Shown here in pieces: positions 48,114 through 61,070 of a stretch of DNA of 64,000 bases. Both the position numbers and the translations under genes were made by a program. Origin of the DNA: an uncultured Candidatus Saccharibacteria bacterium (GTDB lineage Bacteria; Patescibacteriota; Minisyncoccia; Phycocordibacterales; UBA2100); assembly GCA_964350885.1 (NCBI GenBank), contig CAYGKV010000001.1, positions 68,891-132,890 of the forward strand, in the 5' to 3' direction. The stretch's first letter is position 1, and every line of letters starts with the position of its first letter. The notes beneath the pieces are model-generated. The model saw only the letters and a list, made by a program, of their open reading frames with translations. It was not told where the DNA came from and made no database searches.

Positions 48114-49214
48114 CTAGCTGTGTCTAAATTCCATTACGTCCCCATCCTCTACCACATACTCCTTGCCTTCGCTGCGCACAAGGCCCTTTTCGCGGGCTTT
48201 GGCCCACGATCCTGTCTCAAATAGAATGTCCCAGCGAATGACATCAGCGCGGATGAATTTGTCGCGGAAATCACTGTGTATGGCAGCACCCGCTTCGGGA
48301 GCGGTTGACCCCCGGCGAATGGTCCACGCGCGAGATTCCTTCTCGCCTGTCGTGAGGAAAGAAATGAGATCGAGGAGTTTGTACCCCGCCTTAATGAGGT
48401 CATCGAGTCCGTCGCTCGCGACTCCAAGCTCGCGACGAAAATCCGCGCGCTCGTCGTCGTGGACATCAGAAAGATCACTCTCTACTCCAGCGTCAACAAT
48501 CACATACTGCGCTTTTTCGGATTCAAGAAATTCCTTGAGCATGCGCCATCGCTCTCCCCCCTCAGCATCCACATTGACCGCACCACTTTTCCTATTGAGG
48601 ACATACAGTATCGGCTTCATCGTGAGCAATTGCAGACTCTTCGCGATTACTTGCTCGTGTTCGTCAAACACCACCACGCGCGCTGCTTTCCCCGCCTGAA
48701 GCACCGGCACGATTTTGCGCAAAACATCCCGCTCGGCAATAAGCTCTTTATCACCACCCTTTGCATCGCGTTCCACCCGCTCAAGCCGCTTCTCTGCCGT
48801 TTGCATGTCTGCAAGCACAAGCTCCATATCAATGATCTCGATGTCATGCCGCGGATCCGTCTCTCCATGCACATGATGCACATCCTCGTCGTCAAACATC
48901 CGCACCACTTCCGCAATGGCATCCACTTCACGAATATGAGTGAGAAATTGATTGCCGAGTCCCTCCCCTTGCGAGGCACCCTTTACCAAGCCGGCGATGT
49001 CGACAAATTCCACTGCCGCAGGCACTTTCTTCTCCGATTTCGACATTTCTGCAAGCTTGTCGAGCCGAAAATCCGGCACCGCGACCACGCCTACGGATGG
49101 GTCAATGGTGCAAAATGGATAATTTTCTGCCGGCACACCCTTCTTGGTGAGCGCATTAAAAAGCGTCGATTTACCGACGTTGGGGAGCCCTACAATTCCG
49201 ATACTCAAAGACAT
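48114..49214 (-). CDS. ychF: ribosome-binding ATPase YchF
   Basis: GIVGLPNVGKSTLFNAL P-loop, TGS C-terminal domain (YVVEDGDVMEFR). Confidence 0.9.
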   Translation of the reverse strand: MSLSIGIVGLPNVGKSTLFNALTKKGVPAENYPFCTIDPSVGVVAVPDFRLDKLAEMSKSEKKVPAAVEFVDIAGLVKGASQGEGLGNQFLTHIREVDAIAEVVRMFDDEDVHHVHGETDPRHDIEIIDMELVLADMQTAEKRLERVERDAKGGDKELIAERDVLRKIVPVLQAGKAARVVVFDEHEQVIAKSLQLLTMKPILYVLNRKSGAVNVDAEGGERWRMLKEFLESEKAQYVIVDAGVESDLSDVHDDERADFRRELGVASDGLDDLIKAGYKLLDLISFLTTGEKESRAWTIRRGSTAPEAGAAIHSDFRDKFIRADVIRWDILFETGSWAKAREKGLVRSEGKEYVVEDGDVMEFRHS

Positions 49215-49337
49215 TCACGCCATCGTATAGCAAAAAACACTATTCACATAATTGCAATTTAACACGCGCCGTTTTTGGTGTAGTCTTGGCGAAGCAAGCG
49301 GCAATTAGGCCGCCTTGCTCTTTAAGGGAGAAAAAAC

Positions 49338-49496
49338 ATGACCCATAAAGTCCGTCAAGTCGACGAGTTCGGAGTCGTCAAACCGACGAAAGTGCCGGTG
49401 GCCGACGACGGACGAAATCTCATGCGCGGCCTGTATGCGCTCCTGGGAATCGTTATCCTGGCAGCGGCCGGATTGGGCATTACGACTCCATCGTAA
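49338..49496 (+). CDS. small (52 aa) C-terminally membrane-anchored protein
   Basis: ATG preceded by AGGGAGAAAAAAC (good SD). Translation MTHKVRQVDEFGVVKPTKVPVADDGRNLMRGLYALLGIVILAAAGLGITTPS. Followed directly by a strong intrinsic terminator. Missing from the ORF track (under 60 aa). Confidence 0.4.
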   Translation: MTHKVRQVDEFGVVKPTKVPVADDGRNLMRGLYALLGIVILAAAGLGITTPS

Positions 49497-49505
49497 CAAT
49501 CGCAG

Positions 49506-49543
49506 CGGGCACCTTCGGGTGCCCGCAATTTTTTTGATTTTTT
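49506..49543 (+). terminator. rho-independent terminator
   Basis: GCGGGCACC-ttcg-GGTGCCCGC followed by AATTTTTTTGATTTTTT. Confidence 0.8.
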
Positions 49544-50135
49544 ATACTCCCTTGCGGCCGAGCTCGCGCACCTTTTTGAGCCAACGCGCTTTGCGCGCTT
49601 CGGGTATGTTTTCTGATGGACCGAACCATGTGGAGCGCACAGAAAATCCCGCAAACCACAGTATTCCCCACCTGAGCTGCGCGTTTACGTTGCCGGGTAA
49701 GAATCGCACAAGCCACGGAGCCGTGCCGCTCGCGAGAATCGTGCGCGCGGTCTTGCCGCGGAAAAGCCGATGCCAAAAGATCGTACGTTTCCCTTCTGGC
49801 GTTTTGATGTACCGAAATGCAGATCCCGGTAACCACGCGCGATCAAAGAGCCCCTTTAAAAGCGCGGGCATTCCCACCCACCACACTGGATAGATAACGA
49901 CGAAATGATCCGCGGCCATTAGAAGGTCTTGAAATTTGCACAAATCGGGCTCGCAAGTTTGTCTCTCTCGATATCCTTTCCACAAAGTCGGATCAAATTG
50001 CATTTCACCGATATTCATCCGATCCACCGTGTGTCCGGCCGCGCGAGCGGCATCGCAGTAGGCATCGGCCATCTCTCCGCAAAAACCACTTTTGTCGGGG
50101 TGCCCCAAAAGCACCAGGATCTTTTTTGTATTCAT
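49542..50135 (-). CDS. flavodoxin-like NAD(P)H-dependent oxidoreductase (NQO1/KefF/MdaB-like)
   Basis: KILVLLGHPDKSGFCGEMADAY N-terminus typical of the Flavodoxin_2 / general stress protein 14 family. Confidence 0.65.
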   Translation of the reverse strand: MNTKKILVLLGHPDKSGFCGEMADAYCDAARAAGHTVDRMNIGEMQFDPTLWKGYRERQTCEPDLCKFQDLLMAADHFVVIYPVWWVGMPALLKGLFDRAWLPGSAFRYIKTPEGKRTIFWHRLFRGKTARTILASGTAPWLVRFLPGNVNAQLRWGILWFAGFSVRSTWFGPSENIPEARKARWLKKVRELGRKGV

Positions 50136-50141
50136 GTCTGT

Positions 50142-50687
50142 TTATCGACGATTGTCAGGCCGTTCGCGCATGGCTTCCGATTCAAACTTGTCAGTACGCG
50201 CCTTATCCTCATCACTCTCAAATTCGTCCACCGAACCGCGCTTTCCGATTTGATGCAACATAAAAGCGCGCACGGTCTTCAGGCTAAAGTAGAAGCTAAA
50301 TAGCAATATAACCGCAATCGCGAGTCGTAAGACAAACGCTACCGGACTGATCGCATCGTACTCAAAAAGACCCCACATCGCGTACGCCCCAACGCCAACA
50401 CCCGAAACCAAAGCCGTTACCACCGATACCCACTTACTATGCGGGTTGAGCAGCGCTGCACACGCGACGATTACGACGACGCCGATAACGATGTAGAGGA
50501 ATTCTGTACGAAGGTCGGTGGTGTAGAAAGGAGAAGCAACGAGCATGAGCGCGGCGGCGCCAAGGAGGAGCTGTCGGGTAGTTGTGCCGTAATAGTGAGG
50601 GACTTCCGACATTCCACGCTGAACAGACGATACATTCCAGATGGAATCCATATGTCCCCCACCTCCTTCTCCGCCTCCGTCTGACAT
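50142..50687 (-). CDS. hypothetical membrane protein
   Basis: 4-5 TM helices. Start taken at the internal ATG 50687 to avoid overlap with the upstream RNHCP gene. Confidence 0.4.
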   Translation of the reverse strand: MSDGGGEGGGGHMDSIWNVSSVQRGMSEVPHYYGTTTRQLLLGAAALMLVASPFYTTDLRTEFLYIVIGVVVIVACAALLNPHSKWVSVVTALVSGVGVGAYAMWGLFEYDAISPVAFVLRLAIAVILLFSFYFSLKTVRAFMLHQIGKRGSVDEFESDEDKARTDKFESEAMRERPDNRR

Positions 50688-50704
50688 ACCGCTATGATGA
50701 CATG

Positions 50705-51001
50705 TTAATGTTTTCCCGCAATAGCGAGAACGGTTTGGATGTTGTCGTGCGCATGCACCACATTCGGATGTGCAAAACCACACCGCTCACACACGTGAAT
50801 AATCCGATAATCTGGAGACGCGCCCTCGATTATTTCCGGCTTCATCATCCCGCCACACTCCGCGGCGCGATCCCCGGGATTCACATCCACATGCTTGCTC
50901 CAAAGACACTGAGGACAGTGATTTGTGTATCCGTCTCCCTGTACCCTCTCGCCGCAGTGCTCGCACACAAAATCTTCTATGCGGCGTTGGAATTTTTTCA
51001 T
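50705..51001 (-). CDS. RNHCP-domain zinc-ribbon protein
   Basis: CEHCG...YTNHCPQC...CERCG motifs matching the RNHCP domain signature (TNHCP). Confidence 0.55.
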   Translation of the reverse strand: MKKFQRRIEDFVCEHCGERVQGDGYTNHCPQCLWSKHVDVNPGDRAAECGGMMKPEIIEGASPDYRIIHVCERCGFAHPNVVHAHDNIQTVLAIAGKH

Positions 51002-51023
51002 GTCCGTATACCAGTGTGAGACA

Positions 51024-52133
51024 TTATGGTTGTATGACGATATCTACACTTTTCCTAATAGTCGTTCCAGAAAAAGGTGCGCACTCCAAGATGAGCGTGA
51101 TCGTCCCCTCTTCCATCAATCCTGGGGTGAGTATTTTGCTACCCTCATTCCCGTTGGCAAATTGATAACCACTCTGACTTACGGAACAAGAGTCAAGCTT
51201 CATACCGACAGACACCCATGAGATGAGTGTCGTCTTTCCTCGTAAAATTTGTGTGGACTGCGCGATGATGAGGGATGCGAGTGGCGTACTCGAAGAAGTG
51301 ACTTGAGTTCGAGGACCCGAAGATCCTTGAGGAACATTCGTGCTGTTCGCAGGAGGCGGGGTGCCCTCCACGAAATCTGCAGGTGTCGTCTGGAACGTTC
51401 GCGTCGGGTCAGGAGGAGGAGGAGGACCCCGATATGGATTCATGAGGATCTGCTGACTCGATGCGTTGAGAATGCGAGAATCGGCGATATTGCCGTCGAA
51501 TGTACCTGCGTTTGCGACGGACGTGATCCCTGATTGGTTCATCTTCTGTGCAAAATAATTATAGACCTCCGAAAGAGAGCGTGACGCAAAAACCTCCCTA
51601 TTCGACGCTGCTTCTCGCGGAAATGTTTGCGCCGCACTTGCCCCTGGATTGCTTGCGAGCGCCTGAAAGAATCGTGTGGCACCACCAACTCCCAAAAAAT
51701 GCCCCATGTACAAACCAACGGATAGATCGGCTCCGGCTGCCTGTATCAATCCGCCAACCTTGCTTTTGGTGACACCAAGAGAATACGCCGTGACTTCAGA
51801 CGCAATGAAAGGGTCGAATCGTGCGTCTGGTGGATGCGGATTTCCGTTATTTACCTTGAGAGACGTAAAATACCAAGAGCTCTTCAGCCACTGAAATAAC
51901 CCGGCGGCAGTGGAGTACGGGTTCGTCGCACGAGCGTTCCCCCCGCTTTCTATTCTCGCTATTTTTGCCATTACTCCCGTTGGTAGTCCGTACTGCTGTT
52001 CTAGTTGGGCGAATTTCGCAAGAACCGCCTGCGACATTGTTGTCTCAGCACTCACCGCTGTCCCTATGGACAAAACTCCGGCCAGAACCACGACCGTGAC
52101 AACAAGAGAACGCACACGTACCATATCCTCCAT
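51024..52133 (-). CDS. secreted lytic transglycosylase (SLT domain) protein with Pro-rich linker and C-terminal domain
   Basis: Signal peptide MVRVRSLVVTVVVLAGVLSIGTAVSA. SLT motif IARIESGGNARATNPYSTAAGLFQWL (ES...AxGLxQ). Confidence 0.6.
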   Translation of the reverse strand: MEDMVRVRSLVVTVVVLAGVLSIGTAVSAETTMSQAVLAKFAQLEQQYGLPTGVMAKIARIESGGNARATNPYSTAAGLFQWLKSSWYFTSLKVNNGNPHPPDARFDPFIASEVTAYSLGVTKSKVGGLIQAAGADLSVGLYMGHFLGVGGATRFFQALASNPGASAAQTFPREAASNREVFASRSLSEVYNYFAQKMNQSGITSVANAGTFDGNIADSRILNASSQQILMNPYRGPPPPPDPTRTFQTTPADFVEGTPPPANSTNVPQGSSGPRTQVTSSSTPLASLIIAQSTQILRGKTTLISWVSVGMKLDSCSVSQSGYQFANGNEGSKILTPGLMEEGTITLILECAPFSGTTIRKSVDIVIQP

Positions 52134-52248
52134 AGTACTATTTAGCGGAGAAAGCTCGACATCAACCGTGTTGAAAACTACCGATGCGATACAGCCACGC
52201 ACTCTTCGTACTCGCACAATGGGTCAGGAGGTTATCGAGCGGCGACGC

Positions 52249-52500
52249 CTAGAGAAGTACAACGACACGATTGTGAGCGCACTCGAGAACCCCCGATTCG
52301 ATAGGAAACTCATGAGCGTCTTCTGCCGTACGGACAGTGATCTTCCCCGGTTTGAGAGTGGTAACAATCGGTTCGTGATGTGGCAGGATAGTGAGTTCTC
52401 CCGCTGCGCCCGGCAAGGTCGCGGAAATCGCCTCTCCGTCAAATCGCGTCTCTCCGACGCTCGCGATCGTGAGGCGAAAAGTGTTTTGTTGCGCTGCCAT
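52249..52500 (-). CDS. atpC: F-type ATP synthase epsilon subunit, beta-sandwich domain only
   Basis: 83 aa matching the epsilon N-terminal domain (LTILPHHEPIVTTLKPG). Lacks the C-terminal helical hairpin. Confidence 0.75.
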   Translation of the reverse strand: MAAQQNTFRLTIASVGETRFDGEAISATLPGAAGELTILPHHEPIVTTLKPGKITVRTAEDAHEFPIESGVLECAHNRVVVLL

Positions 52501-52502
52501 AC

Positions 52503-52528
52503 GAATGTCGGGATTTCGTAAATCCCGA
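52503..52528. repeat. palindromic repeat unit filling the atpD-atpC intergenic spacer
   Basis: GAATGTCGGGATTTCGTAAATCCCGA: 9-bp stem, 3-nt loop hairpin. Same unit inside leuS and ahcY. Confidence 0.7.
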
Positions 52529-52530
52529 TA

Positions 52531-54299
<1,769 letters not shown>

Positions 54300-54320
54300 A
54301 TTTTTTGTTTATTATCTGTT

Positions 54321-55232
54321 TTACTTCATCGCCTCGATGCCGCTCGTAATCTCCGAGACCTCGCGTGTGATAGCAGCTTGGCGCACCTTATTGAAGGTGC
54401 GCGTAAGACCTTTGGCCATATCGCGCGCTTTGTCGGTAGCGCTCTTCATCGCAACCATGCGTGCGGAGTGTTCTGAGGCCTTTGATTCGAGCAGCGCGTG
54501 GAATATTGCGATGGTAAGAAGTTTCGGCAAGAGCACCGAGAGCACCGCATCGGCATCTGGCTCTATCGTGTATGCCGCAATCCGATGAGATACTGCCTCA
54601 TCTGCTTGAGGGGCGTACTTGCCTTTTGCGGGGCGAATACCAGCCACGATCTCTCTCATGGTGAGTGGCTGTATGGGTACGATCTGCCTCACCGTCGGAT
54701 GCTGCTCGAAAGTGGAAATAAAATTCTGATAGGCAACAATGATCGAGCCAATATCCGGACGGTCGAGTACTGCCCTGGTCATTGCGGACATTTCGCCTTC
54801 AGAGATCGCGTCGCTTACGTTTGTGTGGACGCTCTCCACCGTGTAGCCGCGTGAAGTGAAATATTCTCCACCACGGCGTCCAAACGCGTAGACGATGACA
54901 TCCTGTAAAGCGAGATTCCTTTCGCGTAAATCATTCTCGAGCTTGCGGACAACGCCACTATTGAGTGCGCCGGCAAGACCTTTGTCGCTCGTTACCACAA
55001 TCACAGCCGTCTTCCCTTCCCTCTGTTGCATGAGCGGGTGACGTGCGATGTCGGTCGTACTCGAGAGTCGCTCCAATACCGAAAGTGCTGCGGCCGCATA
55101 CGCACGGCCGGAGAGCGCGCGTTCCTGGCCCTTGCGCATCTTGACCGCTGAGACCGCTTCCATGGCGTGTGTTACGGTACCAGTCTTCTTATACGAGAGT
55201 ATTTTCGATTTTATGCTTTTCAGGTTTGCCAT
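54321..55232 (-). CDS. atpG: F-type ATP synthase gamma subunit
   Basis: MANLKSIKSKI N-terminus, C-terminal ITREVSEITSGIEAM. Confidence 0.9.
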   Translation of the reverse strand: MANLKSIKSKILSYKKTGTVTHAMEAVSAVKMRKGQERALSGRAYAAAALSVLERLSSTTDIARHPLMQQREGKTAVIVVTSDKGLAGALNSGVVRKLENDLRERNLALQDVIVYAFGRRGGEYFTSRGYTVESVHTNVSDAISEGEMSAMTRAVLDRPDIGSIIVAYQNFISTFEQHPTVRQIVPIQPLTMREIVAGIRPAKGKYAPQADEAVSHRIAAYTIEPDADAVLSVLLPKLLTIAIFHALLESKASEHSARMVAMKSATDKARDMAKGLTRTFNKVRQAAITREVSEITSGIEAMK

Positions 55233-55286
55233 ACTTGAGATTGTTGTGAGCTTGCCTGCGGTGCGCTTGTCGAACCTGTCGAGGGC

Positions 55287-56858
55287 TTATTTCGCAGCCG
55301 AAAAGAGCTCCGCATGCCCGAGACGGAATTCCTCCATCGCCTTGTTCAATTCTTTCTTAAGTTCGTCGGAAAGCTGCCCCGTCTTTTTGATTTCTGCGAG
55401 CGTCTTCGAATATTGTCCGTCGAGGAAATCAACGTATTGCTCTTCGACTGCGGTGACTTTATTGACCGGCACGTCAATGAAGAATGCGTGTCCCGCGGCA
55501 TAGAGCGCAGCGACTTGCTTCTCCATCGGAATTGGGTGACCGTTCTTCTGTTTCAAGACTTCCACCATGCGCCGGCCTGATTCGATGCGATCTGCCGTTG
55601 CCTTATCGAGATCGGATGCGAATTGCATGAATGCCTCGAGCTCGCGGAATTGTGCGAGTTCGAGCTTGATACCACCAGCGACACCTTTCATCGCTTTCGT
55701 TTGCGCTGCTGAGCCGACGCGTGAGACGGAAATACCTACATCGATCGCCGGCTTGATTCCTTTGTTGAAGAGATCGGTTACGAGGAACATCTGACCGTCG
55801 GTAATCGAAATCACGTTGGTCGGGATGTAGCCCGAGACATCCCCTTCCTGTGTCTCGATAATCGGCAACGCGGTAATCGAGCCACCCCCCTTCTCTTCGC
55901 TCAGGCGGCATGCACGCTCAAGGAGTCGGGAGTGTAAATAAAACACGTCGCCGGGATACGCTTCGCGGCCTGGTGGTCGGCGTAGGAGGAGTGAAAGCTG
56001 ACGATACGCTACCGCTTGTTTCGAAAGATCGTCGTAAATGATAAGTACATCACGCCCCTTATCCATGAAGTACTCCCCAATGGCAACGCCCGCGAATGGT
56101 GCGAGATACTGGAGCGCGGCAGGAGCCGAGGCAGGAGCGTCGACAATAATCGTGTATTCCATTGCACCTTGCTCGCGAAGCTGCTGGGAGATGCGTGCGG
56201 TCTTGGATTCCTTCTGACCGATGGCAACGTAAATGCAGATCGGACGCGTCGCTTCCGGTTCGTATTTTTGGTTGATGATAGCGTCGATCGCCACGGTGGT
56301 CTTCCCCGTACCACGATCGCCGATGATGAGCTCGCGCTGACCGCGGCCAATCGGAATCATCGCATCGATTGCCTTGGTGCCTGTTGCGAGTGGTACCGAA
56401 ACCGACTTTCGATCGATGACACCGGCTGCTTGCCGCTCGATCGGCATGAGGGTGGTCTTCTTAAACGGCCCCTTGCCATCGATCGGCTCACCGAGCGCAT
56501 TTACCACGCGACCCAAGAGCTCTTCGCTCGACGGGACGGAGAGAATCTTGCCCGTTGACTTGACCATCATTCCTTCACTCACGCGTGCTGTATCTCCGAG
56601 AATGGTAGCGCGAACACCGTCTTCTTCGAGGTTCAAAATGAGACCGTAGAGTTCGCCCTGTGCTTCGAGAGCACCCGCAAGGTTCTTTCCCTTACCTTCT
56701 TCAAACACCAAGACCTCACTCATCACCGCCTTGGAGAGGCCGTCGATAGCCACCACACCATCGCCGACCGCGACCACGCGCCCCACATGTTCAGCTTCGT
56801 GAGCCGGAGCAATACCCTCAATCTCTTTGATGATCTTCTGTATCGTTGATGAATCCAT
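55287..56858 (-). CDS. atpA: F-type ATP synthase alpha subunit
   Basis: GDRGTGKT P-loop. 523 aa. Confidence 0.95.
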   Translation of the reverse strand: MDSSTIQKIIKEIEGIAPAHEAEHVGRVVAVGDGVVAIDGLSKAVMSEVLVFEEGKGKNLAGALEAQGELYGLILNLEEDGVRATILGDTARVSEGMMVKSTGKILSVPSSEELLGRVVNALGEPIDGKGPFKKTTLMPIERQAAGVIDRKSVSVPLATGTKAIDAMIPIGRGQRELIIGDRGTGKTTVAIDAIINQKYEPEATRPICIYVAIGQKESKTARISQQLREQGAMEYTIIVDAPASAPAALQYLAPFAGVAIGEYFMDKGRDVLIIYDDLSKQAVAYRQLSLLLRRPPGREAYPGDVFYLHSRLLERACRLSEEKGGGSITALPIIETQEGDVSGYIPTNVISITDGQMFLVTDLFNKGIKPAIDVGISVSRVGSAAQTKAMKGVAGGIKLELAQFRELEAFMQFASDLDKATADRIESGRRMVEVLKQKNGHPIPMEKQVAALYAAGHAFFIDVPVNKVTAVEEQYVDFLDGQYSKTLAEIKKTGQLSDELKKELNKAMEEFRLGHAELFSAAK

Positions 56859-56861
56859 ATA

Positions 56862-57248
56862 CTATGCGGTCGCGCGGTTAAATAACTCCAATAATTGATT
56901 TTTGTAACTTGCATCTACCAACTGCTCCTTGCCCTCGAGACGCCAACCGCCGATGAGCGTATCGTCGATTTGCGTCTTGAGGTCTTTTGCTTCGACTCCC
57001 ATGGATGAGAGCATTTCCTTCACCTCTTTGTGTGCATGCTTTGTATCTGCCTCTCGCGCGACGGTCAGAATGACGTCACTCTTCTTTGCTTCGCGCTCTG
57101 CGATACGAGCGAATGCGCGCGCAATGCGCGGCAAGAGCGCCTCACGACCGTGTGCCTTAAGGACATCGCGAATCGCATGAACGGCTTTTACAGGCGGCAT
57201 ACCCCCCTCCACCATCTTCCATAATGCCTGTGCGTAGGTGTTTTCCAT
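56862..57248 (-). CDS. atpH: F-type ATP synthase delta subunit
   Basis: OSCP-like small protein. Start at ATG 57248 inside the longer track ORF. Sits between atpF and atpA. Confidence 0.7.
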   Translation of the reverse strand: MENTYAQALWKMVEGGMPPVKAVHAIRDVLKAHGREALLPRIARAFARIAEREAKKSDVILTVAREADTKHAHKEVKEMLSSMGVEAKDLKTQIDDTLIGGWRLEGKEQLVDASYKNQLLELFNRATA

Positions 57249-57252
57249 ACGG

Positions 57253-57702
57253 TTATGCTGATTTTTCGCGAAGGATTTTCTCCGCGGCGAGCATCGCGGC
57301 TCGCGCGATTTCCTTTGAACTTTCCGAGAGTGCCATACGCTTCGCCTCTTCAGCACGCGCCTGCGCTTCCTTGATCACACTATCTGCGCGCGCTTCTGCT
57401 GCTTTCAGCAGCTCATTCCCCTTCTCATCTGCGCGATTACGAGCTGTCGCAACAAGTACTTCAGCTTCGCGAGCCGCCCCCCCAATCATCTGATCACCTT
57501 CTGCTTTTGCATCCGCAAGCTTCCTCTCAGCAGCTTCAGCAGTGCGTACTCCCTCAGCGATCTTTTTTTGCCTGTCGTCTATCAGTTTGAGTATCGGCGT
57601 GTAGAGAAAATACCAAAGGACGAGCAACAAAAATCCGAAATTAAAAGCCTGCACAAGAAGCAGTTGCCAATTAATTCCAAACGCTGCGAAAAGCTCGCTC
57701 AT
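57253..57702 (-). CDS. atpF: F-type ATP synthase subunit b
   Basis: Single N-terminal TM helix followed by long Ala/Glu/Lys-rich helix. Confidence 0.75.
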   Translation of the reverse strand: MSELFAAFGINWQLLLVQAFNFGFLLLVLWYFLYTPILKLIDDRQKKIAEGVRTAEAAERKLADAKAEGDQMIGGAAREAEVLVATARNRADEKGNELLKAAEARADSVIKEAQARAEEAKRMALSESSKEIARAAMLAAEKILREKSA

Positions 57703-57724
57703 GGTGAAAGTCGAAACTCAACGA

Positions 57725-57979
<255 letters not shown>

Positions 57980-58023
57980 TTAATACCTATTGTGGGGCCA
58001 TTCTAGCATGGGTTTCCGGCGTT

Positions 58024-58818
58024 TCAATGTGCCTCGCCGTGCGGCTCTGCGATGGCAAGCTTGATGAAAAAGAGCGTGAGGAGGGCGAATATGGCGGCCT
58101 GCAAGAAGCCGATGAATACTTCGAAGAGCATGAGCGGCACGGGGAGGAAGTACGGCACGAAAAATATGGCAACTGCGATGATGATCTCCCCTGCAAGAAT
58201 GTTGCCGAAGAGTCGAAATGAGAGCGAAATGACGCGCACCAATTCCCCGATGAGCTCGATCAGCCCCACGGCAAATCCTATCGGATTGGTGAAAGGATTC
58301 TGCAGGAACTTGCTGCTGTATTTCCAAAACCCGATCGCAAGTATGCCGGTCACCTCGATAACGAGGAACGATATGATGGCGAGTACGAGCGGCATCGTGA
58401 GGTCAGTATTCGGCGCGCGCAGGAGTGGGTACTCGTTGTACTGAATGGAGCCAATGCCCGGCAAGAAGTGGAGCATATTGCCGATAAAGATGAAAAGAAA
58501 CAACGTAAGCAGCAACGGGAGGAAGCGGCGAGCCATATCTCTACTTTCGAGAGTTTCCGCCACATAGTCGTATACAAACCCGACCATCGTCTCTATGAGA
58601 GTCTGGAACTTGCCGGGAATCATCGCGAGTCTCCCACGAACGAGAAAGGCGACAGCAACGAGTATCGCGATAACCACCCAGCTGGTAACGAGCGTGTTGG
58701 TGATGGGAATACCGAGAAATTCACCGAGTTTCTCGGCCGAGATTGCGACGTGAATGCCGGGAGCCGCCTGTTCTACTGCACCCAAAACTCCACTGTGCAC
58801 AACTTCTTCAACTGCCAT
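58024..58818 (-). CDS. atpB: F-type ATP synthase subunit a
   Basis: 5-6 TM; conserved Arg helix (SLSFRLFGNILAGE). Confidence 0.85.
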   Translation of the reverse strand: MAVEEVVHSGVLGAVEQAAPGIHVAISAEKLGEFLGIPITNTLVTSWVVIAILVAVAFLVRGRLAMIPGKFQTLIETMVGFVYDYVAETLESRDMARRFLPLLLTLFLFIFIGNMLHFLPGIGSIQYNEYPLLRAPNTDLTMPLVLAIISFLVIEVTGILAIGFWKYSSKFLQNPFTNPIGFAVGLIELIGELVRVISLSFRLFGNILAGEIIIAVAIFFVPYFLPVPLMLFEVFIGFLQAAIFALLTLFFIKLAIAEPHGEAH

Positions 58819-58855
58819 AGGTGCCGATATCGTAGCACAATTTAGGTCTTAATAA

Positions 58856-58870
58856 AGGGTTTTCAACCCT
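58856..58870 (-). terminator. hairpin terminator after the alpha/beta-hydrolase gene
   Basis: Minus strand AGGGTT-gaaa-ACCCT followed by TTTATTAAG. Confidence 0.45.
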
Positions 58871-58914
58871 GTGTTACGTCTTCGCTCGGAGAAAATGATA
58901 GCAAGCTCTCATTT

Positions 58915-59793
58915 TCAATCCTCACTAGCCGCAATAAAGCGCCGGATATGCGCCGCGACTCCCCTTTCCGCACCTTTAAAACCGTGCCCAGCTTTTGGCA
59001 CGATGACCGATTTGAATTTCCGACTCCGTGTGTGCTTCCCAAACCACGCGGCTATTTCCGTTGCTGGCCTGTCTGCAAACTCATCTTCTCCTGCAAACAT
59101 TGCAAGCATCGGCAATGTTACGGACTTAAATATTGTGGGCGTTCTGTTGGGTTGGGCATACAAAAACATCTCTTCGACGCTGTCCGGTGTATAGAGAGAA
59201 AGAAATCGCTGCGCGTCATCGATTGCAGGCCAAATGGACTGTGGAAGAAGTTCGTGTGGTTTACCCGCTCGCACGAGGGCGCGCGCGACGCGTGTCGCGC
59301 GCGCAAGCATCCCATTCTTATCATCACGCAGCGCAACGGAGTAATCGCTCAACGGCACCATGAGGATGAGACCCTTTACGAGCGACGAACCTTTCTTACG
59401 TGCATAGTAAACGGCCTTCTGACTGCCCGTCGAATGCCCTGCGAGAAATATCCGCCTTGCTCCCTGCTTCCGAGCGAAACGCACCGCACCCTCGAGATCG
59501 TCAACGCAGTCTGTAAATACCTCGCATGCTCCCCCAGCCCAAGAAGTCTTGCCAATTTTTCTCTCGCCCGTATGCACCAAACGGCTGATACGGTCATGCC
59601 CCCGATTATTAAACGCGAGCACAGCAGCGTTTGAATTCGCCAGTGATTCAATGAGACCTATCCTCCTCCAAAACGTCCCACCCAATCCGTGAATAAGAAT
59701 CACAACGGTTCGTGCTTTTTTGGGGCCTAACCACACACCGTCCAACAAAATATGTTTTGGCGTCTCTATTTGGACGACATGGCACGGGCGCAT
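58915..59793 (-). CDS. alpha/beta-hydrolase fold protein
   Basis: HGLGG oxyanion-like motif and GHSTGS nucleophile elbow (GxSxG). Confidence 0.65.
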   Translation of the reverse strand: MRPCHVVQIETPKHILLDGVWLGPKKARTVVILIHGLGGTFWRRIGLIESLANSNAAVLAFNNRGHDRISRLVHTGERKIGKTSWAGGACEVFTDCVDDLEGAVRFARKQGARRIFLAGHSTGSQKAVYYARKKGSSLVKGLILMVPLSDYSVALRDDKNGMLARATRVARALVRAGKPHELLPQSIWPAIDDAQRFLSLYTPDSVEEMFLYAQPNRTPTIFKSVTLPMLAMFAGEDEFADRPATEIAAWFGKHTRSRKFKSVIVPKAGHGFKGAERGVAAHIRRFIAASED

Positions 59794-59795
59794 AC

Positions 59796-61052
<1,257 letters not shown>

Positions 61053-61070
61053 TCAGGATAGTATACAAGA

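Noticed and set aside
58819-58914. Clear sigma70 promoter for the atp operon
   Set aside because: Candidate hexamers (TTGAAA / TATCAT; TGcTACGAT) have non-canonical spacing, so the promoter was not called as a feature.
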